From contig JBDRGY010000016.1 in the NCBI GenBank assembly GCA_043817315.1, positions 69,445-133,444 on the forward strand: a stretch of DNA of 64,000 nt, written 5' to 3'. Both the position numbers and the translations under genes were made by a program. The notes under the pieces were generated by a model. It saw nothing but the letters and a program-made list of their open reading frames with translations. It had not been told where the DNA came from and searched no databases. Source of the DNA: Patescibacteria group bacterium (GTDB lineage: Bacteria; Patescibacteriota; Patescibacteriia; JBDRGY01). This document shows, one piece after another, positions 48,701 to 59,743 of this stretch; positions within the stretch are counted from its first letter, which is position 1, and each line of letters starts with the position of its first letter.

Positions 48701-49628
48701 TGTTGTTAGCCTTCAGGTTGGACACTAGTTTTTGACGACGCAGTATTTTTCTTTTACGATTTTTATTTGAAGAAGCAACTTTCTTCTTTGACTCGGTAAT
48801 CTCTTTTTCTAGATTTATCGATCTCAGCAATTTGTGTATGGCCTCTGCTCCAATGCCCGCTTCAAAAACATGTCCGTATTTTAGGGACAAATCCTGATAA
48901 GTATTTTCAGAAATTATCTGGAGCGGTTTAAGGTTGCGTAATTCTTTCTTGGCTAAATCAGCTGCCTCTTCCAGTTCTTTCAGTTCTTCCTCTTTTTGGC
49001 GAGCGTTGTTTACTAATTCCTGATCAGCCCAGGCTTCAGTTTCTTTCTTGTTTTTGTCATCCTTGGCTTTTCCTAATTTTTGGGTTTTCTGCTGTTTGAC
49101 CGAACTTACTTTTTGGTTAAAGCTATTGTCGATATTTTTCTTCTTTGAATGAACCTCTTGGTCGATCTGTTTTAAGGTTTCTTCCCGTAGTTCCTCATCA
49201 ACAGCTATAATAATAAAACTGGCAAAGTAGATAACCTTTTCTAGGCTTTGCACTGAAAGGCCCAGGATTAATCCAATTTTTGAGGGCACTCCGCGCAAAA
49301 ACCAGATATGGGAAACTGGAGCGGCCAGATCAATGTGACCCATTCTTTCTCGACGCACAATAGAACGAGTTACTTCAACTCCGCACTTATCACAAATAAT
49401 ACCTTTATAGCGAATGCGTTTGTATTTTCCGCAGTAACACTCCCAGTCCTTGGAGGGGCCGAAAATTCTTTCACAAAACAGGCCATCTTTCTCTGGTCTT
49501 TGGGTACGATAATTAATCGTTTCCGGCTTGGTTATTTCCCCATTGGACCATTTATGGATAACATCCGGGGAAGCCAGTTTTAGCTTGATGGCATCGAAAT
49601 TGATGTTTCTTTCGTTGTCTTGTGCCAT
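45753..49628 (-). CDS. rpoC: DNA-directed RNA polymerase subunit beta'
   Basis: Zn finger CYCGKYKRIRYKGIICDKCG, catalytic NADFDGD, 1291 aa; 2 nt after rpoB. Confidence 0.97.
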   Translation of the reverse strand: MAQDNERNINFDAIKLKLASPDVIHKWSNGEITKPETINYRTQRPEKDGLFCERIFGPSKDWECYCGKYKRIRYKGIICDKCGVEVTRSIVRRERMGHIDLAAPVSHIWFLRGVPSKIGLILGLSVQSLEKVIYFASFIIIAVDEELREETLKQIDQEVHSKKKNIDNSFNQKVSSVKQQKTQKLGKAKDDKNKKETEAWADQELVNNARQKEEELKELEEAADLAKKELRNLKPLQIISENTYQDLSLKYGHVFEAGIGAEAIHKLLRSINLEKEITESKKKVASSNKNRKRKILRRQKLVSNLKANNIKPEWMILTTVPVIPPDLRPMVQLDGGRFAASDLNDLYRRVINRNNRLKRLKELNAPEVITRNEKRMLQEAVDALIDNGARHGKTVTASTGQKRQLKSLADMLKGKQGRFRQNLLGKRVDYSGRSVIVIGPYLKIGQCGIPKTMALELFKPFVISRLIKDEFVHNVRSATRLIESGRPEVWDILEQITKGSHVLLNRAPTLHRLGIQAFQPVLIEGKAIQIHPLICAPFNADFDGDQMAVHLPLTEEAKKEAATIMLSSNNLLKPATGEPVTTPSQDIVLGCYNMTILQEGDQDKLKHFVSFDEVIMAYRLGQITIQQKIKVRINGKLVETNCGRVLINRILPPFFGYINEVMNKKILKDIISRTLQEWSSAETAEFLDQIKRVSLEFLTLSGISWGMDDLPPLEIKKKLVEEGDKKVDEINSHFETGLLTAEERHIKIVEVWAAVKDQITQLSKNALDSSGSVYQMVESGSRGSWPQITQMMGMKGLVTNPAGETIELPVKGSFKEGFDVLEYFISTHGARKGLADTALRTANAGYLTRRLVDVAQDMVISLDDCGDREGVVFTKKESEEMGENLVKRVVGRVCLEKIVNPKTKKTIVDKNQLITEKIAEELTKIDPQEVRARNVLTCQAQRGICRQCYGHDLAYNKLVELGAAVGIIAAQSIGEPGTQLTMRTFHTGGVAGLDITQGLPRVEELFEARPVKKSAVLSEVDGKVESIEETTAKDGKTRQKLIKIRHTQVDRDQYPLKESAKKNLRVKDKQEVKKDDLLYETKDQKVVAKAGGVVKIKDNSLEIIIEKEKINECLVPTRFTVWVNEGDLVNIGDQLTEGSIDVHNLYRLRGRGAVEKYVIKEIQYIYSSQGQKLNDKHIEIIIRKMFSRFYIRDAGETELLSGEVVERSQFVIANAKAQKDNKKEAVADNLLLGITKASLSTESFLSAASFQETARVLIDAAVSGKVDRLRGLKENVIIGRQIPAGTGYKPT

Positions 49629-49630
49629 AT

Positions 49631-52600
49631 CTATTTCTTAGTCTTATCTTTTTTAGTAGTTTTCCTGGCTACAGTCTCTATCTTCTCCTCTTTCTTTTCT
49701 TTTATATCTTCTTTTTTGGCTGCCGGCTCCTTTTTCTCGGGAGCTTCTTTGACACTTTCTTTGTTTCCCGCCTTCTCGTTTAGCAGCTCCACATCTAAAC
49801 ACAGACCTTTTAGTTCTCTAACTAAAACATTAAATGATTCTGGAATATTAAGTCGCCTTATTGGTTCTCCTTTGATAATGGCTTCGTAGGCTTTAGAACG
49901 TCCGGCTACATCATCAGATTTGATAGTTAAAATTTCCTGCAGGGTATTGGCTGCGCCGTATGCTTCTAGTGCCCAAACTTCCATCTCGCCAAACCTTTGA
50001 CCACCAAATTGAGCCTTACCGCCCAGGGGTTGCTGGGTTACTAACGAGTAAGGACCGATTGAGCGCTGATGGATTTTATCTTCAACCAAGTGGTTGAGTT
50101 TTAACATGTAAATGATGCCTACGGTCACCGGCTGATTGAAGGGGTCACCAGTTCTGCCGTCGTAAAGAATAACTTTACCGTCTTCAGGCCAGCCTACCTT
50201 TTTCAATTCCTGTTTAATAATTTCTTCGTCTACTCCGTCTAGGACCGGGCTGACAGCTTTATACCCCTGCTTGACTGCCGCGATGCCCAGATGAGTTTCT
50301 AAAATCTGACCGATATTCATACGAGAAGCAACTCCTAGCGGATTCAGAATAATATCAACCGGAGTTCCATCTGCCAAGAAGGGCATGTCCTCTTGCGGAA
50401 TAATTCTAGAGATGACTCCTTTGTTCCCATGGCGTCCCGCCATCTTGTCACCCACTTGGACTTTGCGAAGCTGGGCTACGCTAACCTGGAATGATTTAAT
50501 AACGCCGGAGGGAAGTTTGTCTCCGTTTTCTCTGGAAAATATTTTTATGTCCACTACCTTACCGTGCTCACCGTGTTCTAAATATAGCGAACTGTCTTTT
50601 ACGTCTTTAGCTTTTTCTCCAAAAATTGCTCTCAATAGTTTTTCTTCGGCTGATAATTCTGTTTCGCCTTTAGGGGTGATTTTTCCGACCAAGATATCGC
50701 CAGAAGAAACTTGGGCTCCGATCCTGACCACTCCTTCTTCATCCAGGTCTTTCAGTTTCTCTTCAGAGATATTGGGAATGTCTCTGGTAATTACTTCTGG
50801 GCCCAATTTGGTGTCTCGAATATCAACTGAGTAGTCTTCGATGTGAATTGAGGTATACATATCTTTATGCACCAGTCGCTCTGAAATCAAAATAGCGTCT
50901 TCGAAATTACCGCCCTCCCAGGGCATAAAGGCAACCATGATATTTTGTCCTAGTGCTAACTCTCCACTTTCTGTGGCTGCTCCGTCGGCCAATAGATCGC
51001 CTTTCTTTACCTTGTCTCCTCTTCTGACCCTGGGCCTTTGATTCATGCAAGTTGAAGCGTTGGATCTCTTAAACTTTCCCAGCTGATACTCTTGAAGGTT
51101 GCCACCACTTTCCAGCACTGCGATGTGATCAGAATCACATTCAACAACTTTACCATCTTTGGCGCAAATAATGGTATGTCCGGAATCATAAGCCGCCCTT
51201 CTTTCTACACCAGTGCCCACTACCGGTGCCTGGGGATTAACCAGGGGAACTGCTTGCCGTTGCATATTGGTACCCATCAGGGCCCGAACAGCATCATCAT
51301 GTTCTAAAAAAGGAATTAGAGAGGTAGAAACCGAGACGATTTGGGACGGAGAAACATCCATGAAATCTACTTTAGATACACTTTCTAGGGTTGGTTCTCC
51401 TCGTTTCCTGACCTCAGCTTTATCTTCAATAAAATATCCGTTGTCATCAATCGGGGTAGTAGCTGCAGTGGTAATATTACGCTCTCCACCGGCTGCATCC
51501 AAATAAACTATTTCGTCGGTAACTCGGGGCTTTATCGGTATGTTGGTAATGGCCTTGTGTTTGGCCAGTTCTTTGGCCAGTTCTTTGGTTATTTTATCTC
51601 CTACTTTAGCTATTGAACTTTTGCTTTCAGGGTCAATTATGTCTTCACGCAATATTTCACCCTCAGTTACCTTGGGATCGTTGGCTAAATCATGGATAAC
51701 TTTTCGCATGGGGGTTTCAATAAACCCATACTCATTAACCCGGGCATGAGAAGCAAGGTGGCCCACCAGACCAATATTGGGACCTTCCGGGGTGGCAATG
51801 GGGCAGATACGTCCGTAATGAGTGCGGTGAACATCACGCACATCAAATCCGGCCCGTTCCCTCGAAAGCCCGCCAGGGCCCATGGCAGATAATCTTCTCT
51901 TGTGTTCCAGCTCGGCCAAAGGATTAGTCTGGTCCATAAACTGAGAAAGTTGAGAAGACATAAAAAATTCTTTCACCGCTCCGATAACCGGTCGGGCATT
52001 GACCAACTGGTTGGGGGTAAGAGTATCGATATCTTTGGTGCTCATCCTGTCACGAACAATCCTTTCCATGCGAGCTAGGCCCACTCTGAATTTATTTTGT
52101 ATCAACTCGCCAATGGCCCTAACTCGACGGTTTCCCAAATGATCAATGTCATCTGGTGCTTCTTGAGTATTGTTGAGACGGATAATTTCTTGGATGATAG
52201 CCACCAGGTCTTCTTTCTGCAAAACCCTGGTTTCTTTATTGACCGGCATCTTGAAACCGAAACGTTGATTCAGTTTATAGCGACCGACCCGGCCAAAGTC
52301 ATAACGATCAAAATTGAAGAACATGGAAAATATTAATGACCTGGCATTATCAACCGTGGCCAGGTCACCGGGTCTAATTCTTTTATAAACTTCCTTCAGT
52401 CCTTCTGCCTCGGACTTGGCGATATCTTTATCGATAGTGTTCTGGATATATTTCACATCGGGGTCGGTATCTGTTTCTTTAAATAAATTCACAATATCTT
52501 CATCAGAAGAATAGCCAAAAGCTCGGAGCAGACTGGATACGGCCACTTTTCTTTTGCGATCAATTTTTACGTAGATTACTCCCGTTCCATCGGTTTCCAT

Positions 52601-53098
52601 CTCCAGCCAGGCTCCCCGGTTAGGAATTATCTTGGCTCCATAGCAGCGTCGGCCTCGAAAAAGTTCAGATGTAAAAAAAACACCAGCTGATCTGATTAGC
52701 TGGCTAACTACTACTCTTTCAATTCCGTTTATAATAAAAGTCCCTCTGTCTGTCATCAAGGGAAAATCACCAAGGTAAATTTCTTGTTCCTTGGCGTCAT
52801 TATTTTTTTTGTTAACAAGCTTGGCCCTTACTCGAATTGCTGCTTCGTAGGTCAGGTTCTTTTTCTTGGAAGTATTTTCGTCAAAGCGCGGATCATCAAA
52901 ATAATGATCGCCGAAATATAATTCCAGCTGCCTAGCGTAATCACGAATAGGAGATATCTCCTCTAACAGTTCCTTAAGCCCGTTTTTTAAGAACCAATCG
53001 TAAGAAGTCTTTTGGATCTCGATCAGGTCAGGTAAAGGAATGGCTTCGTGCAGCTTAGTAAAGTACCGACGCCCCTCTCTCTCGGTCTGAAATGACAT
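49631..53098 (-). CDS. rpoB: DNA-directed RNA polymerase subunit beta
   Basis: 1155 aa; conserved beta-subunit blocks ([13 protein letters not shown], rif-cluster region). Confidence 0.97.
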   Translation of the reverse strand: MSFQTEREGRRYFTKLHEAIPLPDLIEIQKTSYDWFLKNGLKELLEEISPIRDYARQLELYFGDHYFDDPRFDENTSKKKNLTYEAAIRVRAKLVNKKNNDAKEQEIYLGDFPLMTDRGTFIINGIERVVVSQLIRSAGVFFTSELFRGRRCYGAKIIPNRGAWLEMETDGTGVIYVKIDRKRKVAVSSLLRAFGYSSDEDIVNLFKETDTDPDVKYIQNTIDKDIAKSEAEGLKEVYKRIRPGDLATVDNARSLIFSMFFNFDRYDFGRVGRYKLNQRFGFKMPVNKETRVLQKEDLVAIIQEIIRLNNTQEAPDDIDHLGNRRVRAIGELIQNKFRVGLARMERIVRDRMSTKDIDTLTPNQLVNARPVIGAVKEFFMSSQLSQFMDQTNPLAELEHKRRLSAMGPGGLSRERAGFDVRDVHRTHYGRICPIATPEGPNIGLVGHLASHARVNEYGFIETPMRKVIHDLANDPKVTEGEILREDIIDPESKSSIAKVGDKITKELAKELAKHKAITNIPIKPRVTDEIVYLDAAGGERNITTAATTPIDDNGYFIEDKAEVRKRGEPTLESVSKVDFMDVSPSQIVSVSTSLIPFLEHDDAVRALMGTNMQRQAVPLVNPQAPVVGTGVERRAAYDSGHTIICAKDGKVVECDSDHIAVLESGGNLQEYQLGKFKRSNASTCMNQRPRVRRGDKVKKGDLLADGAATESGELALGQNIMVAFMPWEGGNFEDAILISERLVHKDMYTSIHIEDYSVDIRDTKLGPEVITRDIPNISEEKLKDLDEEGVVRIGAQVSSGDILVGKITPKGETELSAEEKLLRAIFGEKAKDVKDSSLYLEHGEHGKVVDIKIFSRENGDKLPSGVIKSFQVSVAQLRKVQVGDKMAGRHGNKGVISRIIPQEDMPFLADGTPVDIILNPLGVASRMNIGQILETHLGIAAVKQGYKAVSPVLDGVDEEIIKQELKKVGWPEDGKVILYDGRTGDPFNQPVTVGIIYMLKLNHLVEDKIHQRSIGPYSLVTQQPLGGKAQFGGQRFGEMEVWALEAYGAANTLQEILTIKSDDVAGRSKAYEAIIKGEPIRRLNIPESFNVLVRELKGLCLDVELLNEKAGNKESVKEAPEKKEPAAKKEDIKEKKEEKIETVARKTTKKDKTKK

Positions 53099-53333
53099 AA
53101 AAAATTCACTCCTTTTCTTAAGTAATCTTCTGAAAAGGAGAATAAGACTTTATTAAAGTCCTTAATTAGCAATATATATGCAATGTTGATAATAACAGAA
53201 TTACAAGGACTGTCAAGGGAATATTTTAGTAATTGAGTAAAGATTGCTAACCTTAGCTAAAAAAGGACAGTTTATTACTATTGTTTTGCTAAAATTAGCC
53301 AAATTACTAACAGGATATCCACATGGATATACC

Positions 53334-54629
53334 CTATTCTTTAAGCAGTTCTCTGGCTGCCCGCCTATCATCCCAGGAAATCCTCTCTCCTCTTCTGCCC
53401 ATAATACATTGTTCCGCTCCTTTACCGGTAATAATCACCAAATCGTCCTTTTGAGCCAGGGAAAGCGCCTTATTAATCGCCTTTCTTCTGTCTAATATTT
53501 TAAAAAGGTTCTTGTCTAATTCCTTGCCGTTCTTGATCGCCCCCTCTGCTACCTGCTCGATAATGGTCATGGGGTCTTCATCGTAGGGATCTTCGTTAGT
53601 CACAATCACAATATCAGTGTATTGAGCAGCCAATTTCCCCAGAATGGGACGACGGGCTTTGTCCCGCCCCCCACCACAGGATCCCAAGACAGCAATAGTC
53701 CGGCCCAGAGTGGTTGGCTTAAGGGCTTGATAAACACTTTCTAGAGAACGAGGTTCGTGCGCATAGTCAACGATCACCTTAAAGTCCTGACCTTCTTCAA
53801 TTTCTTCTAGTCGGCCCTCGATCTTCTCAACGCCTTCTAATCCCCCTTTGATCGTCTCTAGGTCAAGACCTAGTCCCAGCCCTACGCAGATGGTGGCCAG
53901 TGCATTGTAAACATTAAATAGTCCAACCAGATTGAAGTTGACCTGATGGCCGTTAACCAAAAACTTGGAGCCCCATGACTCCAGGCTAATGTTTTCAGCA
54001 ATAACGTTATTATAGTTTCCAGCTCTTAGTTTTTTATTGGTGCTGAAGCCCCACTTTTCGTCAGCCCAAAACTTTAAAAAGTAATCAGCTTGTTGGTCGT
54101 CAAGGTTGACCACGCTGATTTTTTTGGCTTTTCTTTTGTTCTTTATTAAAGACTTAAACAGTTTGCCTTTAGCTTCTTTGTAATTGGCAAAGGAACCGTG
54201 TGACTCGATGTGCTCCGGAGATAGGTTGGTAAAAACCGCTACATCATAATCAATCCCCAGATGACGGTACTGGGCGATGCCCTCTGACGAAGTTTCAATT
54301 ACAGCATATTGGCATCCGGCCCGGACCATCTCTTTCATGATTTTCTGTAAACCAAAGCGTCCCGGCATAGTCATCTTGGTATCATTGATTTGTTCCTGAT
54401 CGCCGACTTTGTAATTAAAGGTAGAAGTCAGGCCGACTTTATTCCCGGCTTGCTCCAGAATCTTGGCTATCAGATTAACGGTTGTTGATTTGCCGGTGGT
54501 ACCGGTCACTCCAATAATTGTCATTTTCTTGGAAGGGTGGCCATAGATAATATTGGCCAGTTTAGCTAATTTCCAATGATAAAAATTTAGCAATGGTTTG
54601 GGAATAATTTTTCTGATGAGCTTTTTCAT
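53334..54629 (-). CDS. murE: Mur ligase family protein, MurE-like (lacks the usual N-terminal domain)
   Basis: ATP-binding GVTGTTGKSTT, TNLSPEHIESHG, DYAHEP, C-terminal GKGAEQ...ISWDDR, resembling MurE. It is 431 aa and starts almost directly at the P-loop. Its start overlaps the stop of the CaCA gene by 1 nt. Confidence 0.55.
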   Translation of the reverse strand: MKKLIRKIIPKPLLNFYHWKLAKLANIIYGHPSKKMTIIGVTGTTGKSTTVNLIAKILEQAGNKVGLTSTFNYKVGDQEQINDTKMTMPGRFGLQKIMKEMVRAGCQYAVIETSSEGIAQYRHLGIDYDVAVFTNLSPEHIESHGSFANYKEAKGKLFKSLIKNKRKAKKISVVNLDDQQADYFLKFWADEKWGFSTNKKLRAGNYNNVIAENISLESWGSKFLVNGHQVNFNLVGLFNVYNALATICVGLGLGLDLETIKGGLEGVEKIEGRLEEIEEGQDFKVIVDYAHEPRSLESVYQALKPTTLGRTIAVLGSCGGGRDKARRPILGKLAAQYTDIVIVTNEDPYDEDPMTIIEQVAEGAIKNGKELDKNLFKILDRRKAINKALSLAQKDDLVIITGKGAEQCIMGRRGERISWDDRRAARELLKE

Positions 54630-55558
54630 TATATAAAACTGAAAAGCTTACCAATAAACAACAGGTAGATTAGGATCATTAATAACCCTTCGGCTCGATT
54701 AATCTTTCTGTCATGGCTAACCACCCAGTACAGAATACTAACGGCCAGGATAAAGGGAATGATTAAGGTGACAACTACCTGAGGAACCACTAGGGTTGTA
54801 ATCAGGCCGGAGGCTCCCAGAATGACGAATATATCAAAAATGTTGGAACCGATGATGTTGCCAATTAACAAATCATGGTTGCCCCTTCTTACAGCTGTTA
54901 TGGCTACGGCAATCTCCGGTAAAGAGGTGCCTACAGCTATCAGGCTAGCCGCCAAAACTGAAGTGCCAAAACCCAGTAATCCAGCAATTTCAATAATCGA
55001 TTTGATAATCCAGTGCGAGGAAAGGGCAATAATTGCCAGGCTGATAACAAGCCCCCAGATAATTTTCCAGGAAAAAGGCTGCCGGGAGCTTTCTTTACTG
55101 TCTCGATGAACAATGCGGGAATAAGACAAATAAACAATAAAACCCAATAGAAACAGCAGGGCTTCTCTAGGGGTCAAATTTCCGTCCATCATAGTAAAGA
55201 AGACCAATAAAATGGCTCCTATAAATATGGGAAAGTCACCCTGAAAGATATCGTGTTTTATCTTGATTATCTTTTTGCTAAAAATTGCCGCCAGTCCTAA
55301 GCCCAGCAGAATATTGGCAATAACCGTTCCTAAAACATTGCCGGAGACCATTCCGGTTTCTCTCTGAATAACTGACGACAAAGAAGTAGCCAGTTCCGGC
55401 AAGGAGGTGCCTATCGCCACTATGACCACCCCTACAATAAACTGAGACATGCCCAAAACATGACCCAGTTTTTCGGCATAACGCGTAAAAATATTGGCTG
55501 ATTTAACCAGGGCCAATAGCGTGACAAAAAATAGCAGAAACCACAGTAACAAATTCAT
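54629..55558 (-). CDS. Ca2+/cation antiporter (CaCA/NCX family, YrbG-like), paralog A
   Basis: Two alpha-repeat regions (GTSLPELATS... and GTSLPEIAV...); 10 TM helices. Confidence 0.8.
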   Translation of the reverse strand: MNLLLWFLLFFVTLLALVKSANIFTRYAEKLGHVLGMSQFIVGVVIVAIGTSLPELATSLSSVIQRETGMVSGNVLGTVIANILLGLGLAAIFSKKIIKIKHDIFQGDFPIFIGAILLVFFTMMDGNLTPREALLFLLGFIVYLSYSRIVHRDSKESSRQPFSWKIIWGLVISLAIIALSSHWIIKSIIEIAGLLGFGTSVLAASLIAVGTSLPEIAVAITAVRRGNHDLLIGNIIGSNIFDIFVILGASGLITTLVVPQVVVTLIIPFILAVSILYWVVSHDRKINRAEGLLMILIYLLFIGKLFSFI

Positions 55559-55561
55559 TTT

Positions 55562-56551
55562 TTAAAATAGATTAAACATTTTGGCTATGAACAGGGCATA
55601 GATTAACAGATACATGGCCCCTTCGTAGTGAAAAACTTTACCGGAAATGCCCGAAAAGGCATACAGCAAAGTGGCCACCACCAAAAAGGGAATGCCAACG
55701 ACGATCATGATCTGGGGCACAACCAGGGTCTTGACCAAAGAGCTGCCGCCGACTACCAGGAGAACATTAAAGATATTGGAACCGAAGACGTTGCCAATTG
55801 CGATTTCGAACTTTCCCTTTCGGGCTGATTGAATAGAAACCACTAGTTCCGGCAAAGAGGTGCCGATAGCTACCGCCGTAACAGCTAATACTGTTGAGCT
55901 GATGTTAAATATCTCGCCCAAGTTGATGACCGCATCTATGGTGAAACGAGCACCCAAATACATCAGGGCCCCGAATATTATTAAAAGAAAAACCTGCTTA
56001 GCGTGGAAATCAAAATTCCCTTTTCTCAAGAAACGGAAAAAATGCGGCTTATCCCTTATGTCTTCTGTCACATCAATCCTCTCCCTGTCATGCTCTGATA
56101 AACTGTATTTCAAATAAACGGCGTAGCCAACTACCAGGATCAGTCCCTCCAGCCATGTAATTTTGCCATCCATCATCACTAACACCAGTAAGCCGGTCGA
56201 CAAAAGAAGCAAGGGAACGTCGAGTTCAATCAAACTTCTTTTTACCTCTAGTTTCTTGGCAAAAATAGCGGCCAAACCAACAATTAATAAAATGTTGACA
56301 ACATTGGACCCCAAATTGTTGCTGACTACCATAGCAGTGGTATCAACCGCTGCCGTGCTTTTAAAAACAGCCACCAGGCTGGTTAACAGTTCGGGCAAAG
56401 AAGTACCGATACTAACAATGGTCACTCCGATCAAGAATGAGGGCATGCCCAAGGCTAAGCCTAATTTTTCCGCTGATGCCGTAAATTTGTCTGCGGCCAA
56501 AACTAATAACGCTATACTGACAAAAAATACAAAAATCCAAAGTAAGGTCAT
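55562..56551 (-). CDS. Ca2+/cation antiporter (CaCA/NCX family), paralog B
   Basis: GTSLPELLTS and GTSLPELVVS alpha-repeats; tandem with paralog A. Confidence 0.8.
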   Translation of the reverse strand: MTLLWIFVFFVSIALLVLAADKFTASAEKLGLALGMPSFLIGVTIVSIGTSLPELLTSLVAVFKSTAAVDTTAMVVSNNLGSNVVNILLIVGLAAIFAKKLEVKRSLIELDVPLLLLSTGLLVLVMMDGKITWLEGLILVVGYAVYLKYSLSEHDRERIDVTEDIRDKPHFFRFLRKGNFDFHAKQVFLLIIFGALMYLGARFTIDAVINLGEIFNISSTVLAVTAVAIGTSLPELVVSIQSARKGKFEIAIGNVFGSNIFNVLLVVGGSSLVKTLVVPQIMIVVGIPFLVVATLLYAFSGISGKVFHYEGAMYLLIYALFIAKMFNLF

Positions 56552-56554
56552 AGG

Positions 56555-56902
56555 TTATTCAGCCTGGAGTAAATTACAATTAGGATCTAATTCTATAAAG
56601 TGATTAACTGTTCCGTTTTGATAGGCAGAGCACAGGTTCTCCGGATAGTTGTCCAGCACCTGCCTGGGGTCATGGGCAATGTCACAAGCCCAATCGGGTT
56701 GCACTGAATTATTCAAACAGGGACCGCTTCCATAGTCTTCAATTTCTTTTCTCCTGCGGCACTCTATCTGGCAGGAAGTAATGGCTCTGTCCCTTTTGGT
56801 GCTGTCGATAAAACCCTCTCCTTCTGCTTGGTCCTGATGGAAGCAACCGGGCAAAGAAAGGGCTATAAATACTATAACTATGCTAATAATTGATTTTTTC
56901 AT
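56555..56902 (-). CDS. Small cysteine-rich lipoprotein (about 8 Cys)
   Basis: Signal peptide ending in a lipobox-like LSLPGC; mature region rich in Cys, Asp, Glu and Asn. Confidence 0.5.
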   Translation of the reverse strand: MKKSIISIVIVFIALSLPGCFHQDQAEGEGFIDSTKRDRAITSCQIECRRRKEIEDYGSGPCLNNSVQPDWACDIAHDPRQVLDNYPENLCSAYQNGTVNHFIELDPNCNLLQAE

Positions 56903-56920
56903 AAATTAGAGTGGAACTCT

Positions 56921-59461
56921 CTATAGATTAACCCCGTTGAGGTAGCCCTTGGGATAGGCAATAAATTCATTGAGCAATAAAGTGCCCCGCCAATTGTATA
57001 CTCTGACCTTAGCTACGTCGCCACTTTCTATTGCTGTCACTATTTCAGCCTGGCCGTCACTATCCAGGTCAGCACTGGCCACATTGACTCCGCCCTGAAA
57101 GGAAGAATCAAAAGCCATGAAACCAGGGTTTAATAAACTGATGGTACTTTGTCTGTTGCGGCCAAATACTCTGATATGCGGTCCTCCAGCGGACACTACT
57201 CCGGTGATAATTTCATCAGCTCCATCGCTGTTTAGATCGCCGCAGGCTAAATTAATACCGCCCCGGAAACTTTCCTCGTAGGCCATCAAGCCCAGGATAA
57301 CCGGGCGATAGACGCCATTACGATAACCAAAGATTCGTAAATGAGGCCCCCCCTGAGATTTTGGGGCAGTTATGATTTCTGACAAACCGTCTCCTTCCAG
57401 ATCGCCGACAGCCAGATTGACCCCGCCGCGAAATCCTGAATCATAAGCCATGAAATTCTCGGTGGTCGGCAAATACTGTCCGTTGCGATAACCGAAAATT
57501 CGAATATTGGGACCGCCTCCGGAAAGTGGAGCCACTACTATTTCAGCCAAGCCACTGCCGTCCAAGTCACCGGTAGCCAGGGCTAACCCTCCTTGAAAGT
57601 TGCTATCAAAAGCCAGTACCACTTTTTCCAGAGTTCCCTGGGTATTAAATATCCTGATTTCGCCCCGACGGCCCGGGCCGGAAGCTGTAATAATTTCTTG
57701 ATTACCATCGCCATCCACGTCAGCTTTAGCCACCTTAACACCGCCACGGAAACTTTCTTCAAAAGCCATGAATTGGCTGACTAAATTTCCGTACTGATCC
57801 AATATTCTGACCTGGGGACCTCCTCCCTGTTTGGTGCCAGTAATAATCTGGTTGGTTACTTGAAAAGGCTCAAAGTCAGTTTGTAACGTATAAGTAGCCG
57901 AATCTTGATTGCCCAACCAATAGGCTTGGTTGAAGTCAGTAATGTCTAAGAAATGATATTCCATTTGTCCTGCTGCGGCCAGGCGAACGACCAGCCCCGT
58001 ATCAAACATACGATCAGTCGGATATGGAATAGCAGTATGGCCGGCAACTATGCCCTGGCTGTGATCATGGAGATCGGCGTAGCTAAACGGGTTTCTGGTT
58101 TCCATGAACATCCCCCAATAGGTAGAGGCCGTCTCTGAAGGGATTGTCCAAAGGCCCGAACTGTTAGTACCTCCGGAATACTTAATCATGTCTTCAAAGC
58201 CATAGGCTGATTCCTGAAAAATGGCAATTCCTGCTTGGGGCAAAGGATCGCCGTTTTTGTCCAAAACCTTTATCTTATTTTGAGCTGGAATATCTTTTAA
58301 ATACTCCCCGGGTATGCCCCTCCGCTTGGGCAGTCCCCTTCTATCTCCTGAGATGTCAGTGTAATAATTGTTAAAACGGATCAGGGCCAATATGGAATAT
58401 TCGGAAAAATACTGCTCGTTGATACTGTTTAAGAGGCCCGAGTGTCTGTTTTTATAAACATAGTCAGTCTCCACCTCGAGCATGCCCAGTCCACCACCTA
58501 CTGTGGCTCCATCCTCATCAGTAATATGAACATCAGAAGTATAAATAGATAGCTTAGACAAATCGACTAAGCCCAGGGTGTTAATGGCTAGGTTGCGCAA
58601 TAAATTCCAGTCAGTCGTTTTGGCATAAGCATTAACATAATCAGGGTCAGCGCACCAAATTCCCCGGTCCAGACAATCGTTGTCATCATAATCCCAAGCA
58701 ATATTCCAAGAACCATCGTACAGCCAATCCTCGGACCCAGTGCTACTGTCTATCTCACCATTGGCATGAATGTAAATATTATCAATTCGGACCCGTAGAT
58801 TAGCGCCGCTTGAAGTAGTAGAGCCCGTGGCACCGGTTAGGGCTTGATTCAAAATTTCATTGAAGGCACTGACTTGCTGCTGCAGCCAGTCTTCACAAGA
58901 ATAGGACCCTGCGCTGTTTTTCTGGTAATCAAAAGCGGAACAAAAGCCTTCCTCGACATGAAATATTAAGGAGAGGGTGTTGGTCTTTTCGGTCAATAAG
59001 TTATTCTGTTCTGATATTTCTTCAATGGTACCCTCGGGGTCAACCTGGAATTTGATGGTGTGGGTCCCGTCCACCCAGCGCCACAAATAGTCTTGAGTGG
59101 TGTAAGAGCCAGGGTTGAGATTGCTAATGGTTCCCGACGAAACTTCGACACCGTCAACGTACCATTTAAAACCAAACTCCCCTGAGATAACATTGCCCTG
59201 ATTGGTAATCTGAGCAGTGAATGTAACCATCTCTTCTTCTTCGGGCCAGCGCTGCCAGAATTCAGTACCAGTTTTCAGACGATACTGGCCATTCAATCCT
59301 CTTTCGGTGTGATATTTTTCATAGCGAGGTGTCCTGGAAATAAAGGTAACGTCCAAATCGGCCAGTTCACTCTCGTCTGTTGTCGCTTCTGTCTTCTCAA
59401 CCAAAAAGAAGCCGGAGATTATTAGGGCTAAAATGACTAGATAATATTTTTTCTTAACCAT
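56921..59461 (-). CDS. Secreted 846-aa protein with a C-terminal array of about 6 FG-GAP-like propeller repeats
   Basis: Signal peptide MVKKKYYLVILALIISGFFLVEKTEA. N-terminal beta-sandwich, then an unassigned middle domain. C-terminal repeats GGGPQVRILDQYGNLVSQFMAFEESFRGGVKVAKADVDGDGNQEIIT... homologous to those in the 1463-aa, 1725-aa and S8 proteins. Overlaps cutA by 25 nt. Confidence 0.75.
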   Translation of the reverse strand: MVKKKYYLVILALIISGFFLVEKTEATTDESELADLDVTFISRTPRYEKYHTERGLNGQYRLKTGTEFWQRWPEEEEMVTFTAQITNQGNVISGEFGFKWYVDGVEVSSGTISNLNPGSYTTQDYLWRWVDGTHTIKFQVDPEGTIEEISEQNNLLTEKTNTLSLIFHVEEGFCSAFDYQKNSAGSYSCEDWLQQQVSAFNEILNQALTGATGSTTSSGANLRVRIDNIYIHANGEIDSSTGSEDWLYDGSWNIAWDYDDNDCLDRGIWCADPDYVNAYAKTTDWNLLRNLAINTLGLVDLSKLSIYTSDVHITDEDGATVGGGLGMLEVETDYVYKNRHSGLLNSINEQYFSEYSILALIRFNNYYTDISGDRRGLPKRRGIPGEYLKDIPAQNKIKVLDKNGDPLPQAGIAIFQESAYGFEDMIKYSGGTNSSGLWTIPSETASTYWGMFMETRNPFSYADLHDHSQGIVAGHTAIPYPTDRMFDTGLVVRLAAAGQMEYHFLDITDFNQAYWLGNQDSATYTLQTDFEPFQVTNQIITGTKQGGGPQVRILDQYGNLVSQFMAFEESFRGGVKVAKADVDGDGNQEIITASGPGRRGEIRIFNTQGTLEKVVLAFDSNFQGGLALATGDLDGSGLAEIVVAPLSGGGPNIRIFGYRNGQYLPTTENFMAYDSGFRGGVNLAVGDLEGDGLSEIITAPKSQGGPHLRIFGYRNGVYRPVILGLMAYEESFRGGINLACGDLNSDGADEIITGVVSAGGPHIRVFGRNRQSTISLLNPGFMAFDSSFQGGVNVASADLDSDGQAEIVTAIESGDVAKVRVYNWRGTLLLNEFIAYPKGYLNGVNL

Positions 59462-59742
59462 AAATTATATTTCTTATCAACTTGGTTAGCTGCCAGAGAA
59501 AAGATAGCCGGTGCCTGGTAGCTGTGAAGTTTTTTAACTTCTATTTTGATCTTACTGAAATTCTTTTTAATTGTTTTTAAAATCAGTACCACTTCTTTGT
59601 CTGAAACTAACTTGCCCTGCCACCAGTACGTAGAGCTAATGGGAAAAATGTTGGCACAAACCGCCAGGTGTTTTTTTAAAACTGCTCTGGCAATTTTGTC
59701 GGCTTCCTTTTTATTGCCACAAACAATGTAAATCAGAATCAT
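59437..59742 (-). CDS. cutA: Divalent-cation tolerance protein CutA
   Basis: CutA1-like: LAVCANIFPISSTYWWQGKLVSDKEVVLILKT and C-terminal YNLWL; 101 aa. Confidence 0.8.
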   Translation of the reverse strand: MILIYIVCGNKKEADKIARAVLKKHLAVCANIFPISSTYWWQGKLVSDKEVVLILKTIKKNFSKIKIEVKKLHSYQAPAIFSLAANQVDKKYNLWLRKNII

Positions 59743-59743
59743 A

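Noticed and set aside
53315-53335. ATATCCA/TGGATAT palindrome at the end of the murE-like gene as a terminator
   Set aside because: It overlaps the stop codon, has a 2-4 nt loop and no U-tract. More likely coincidental or a weak pause element.
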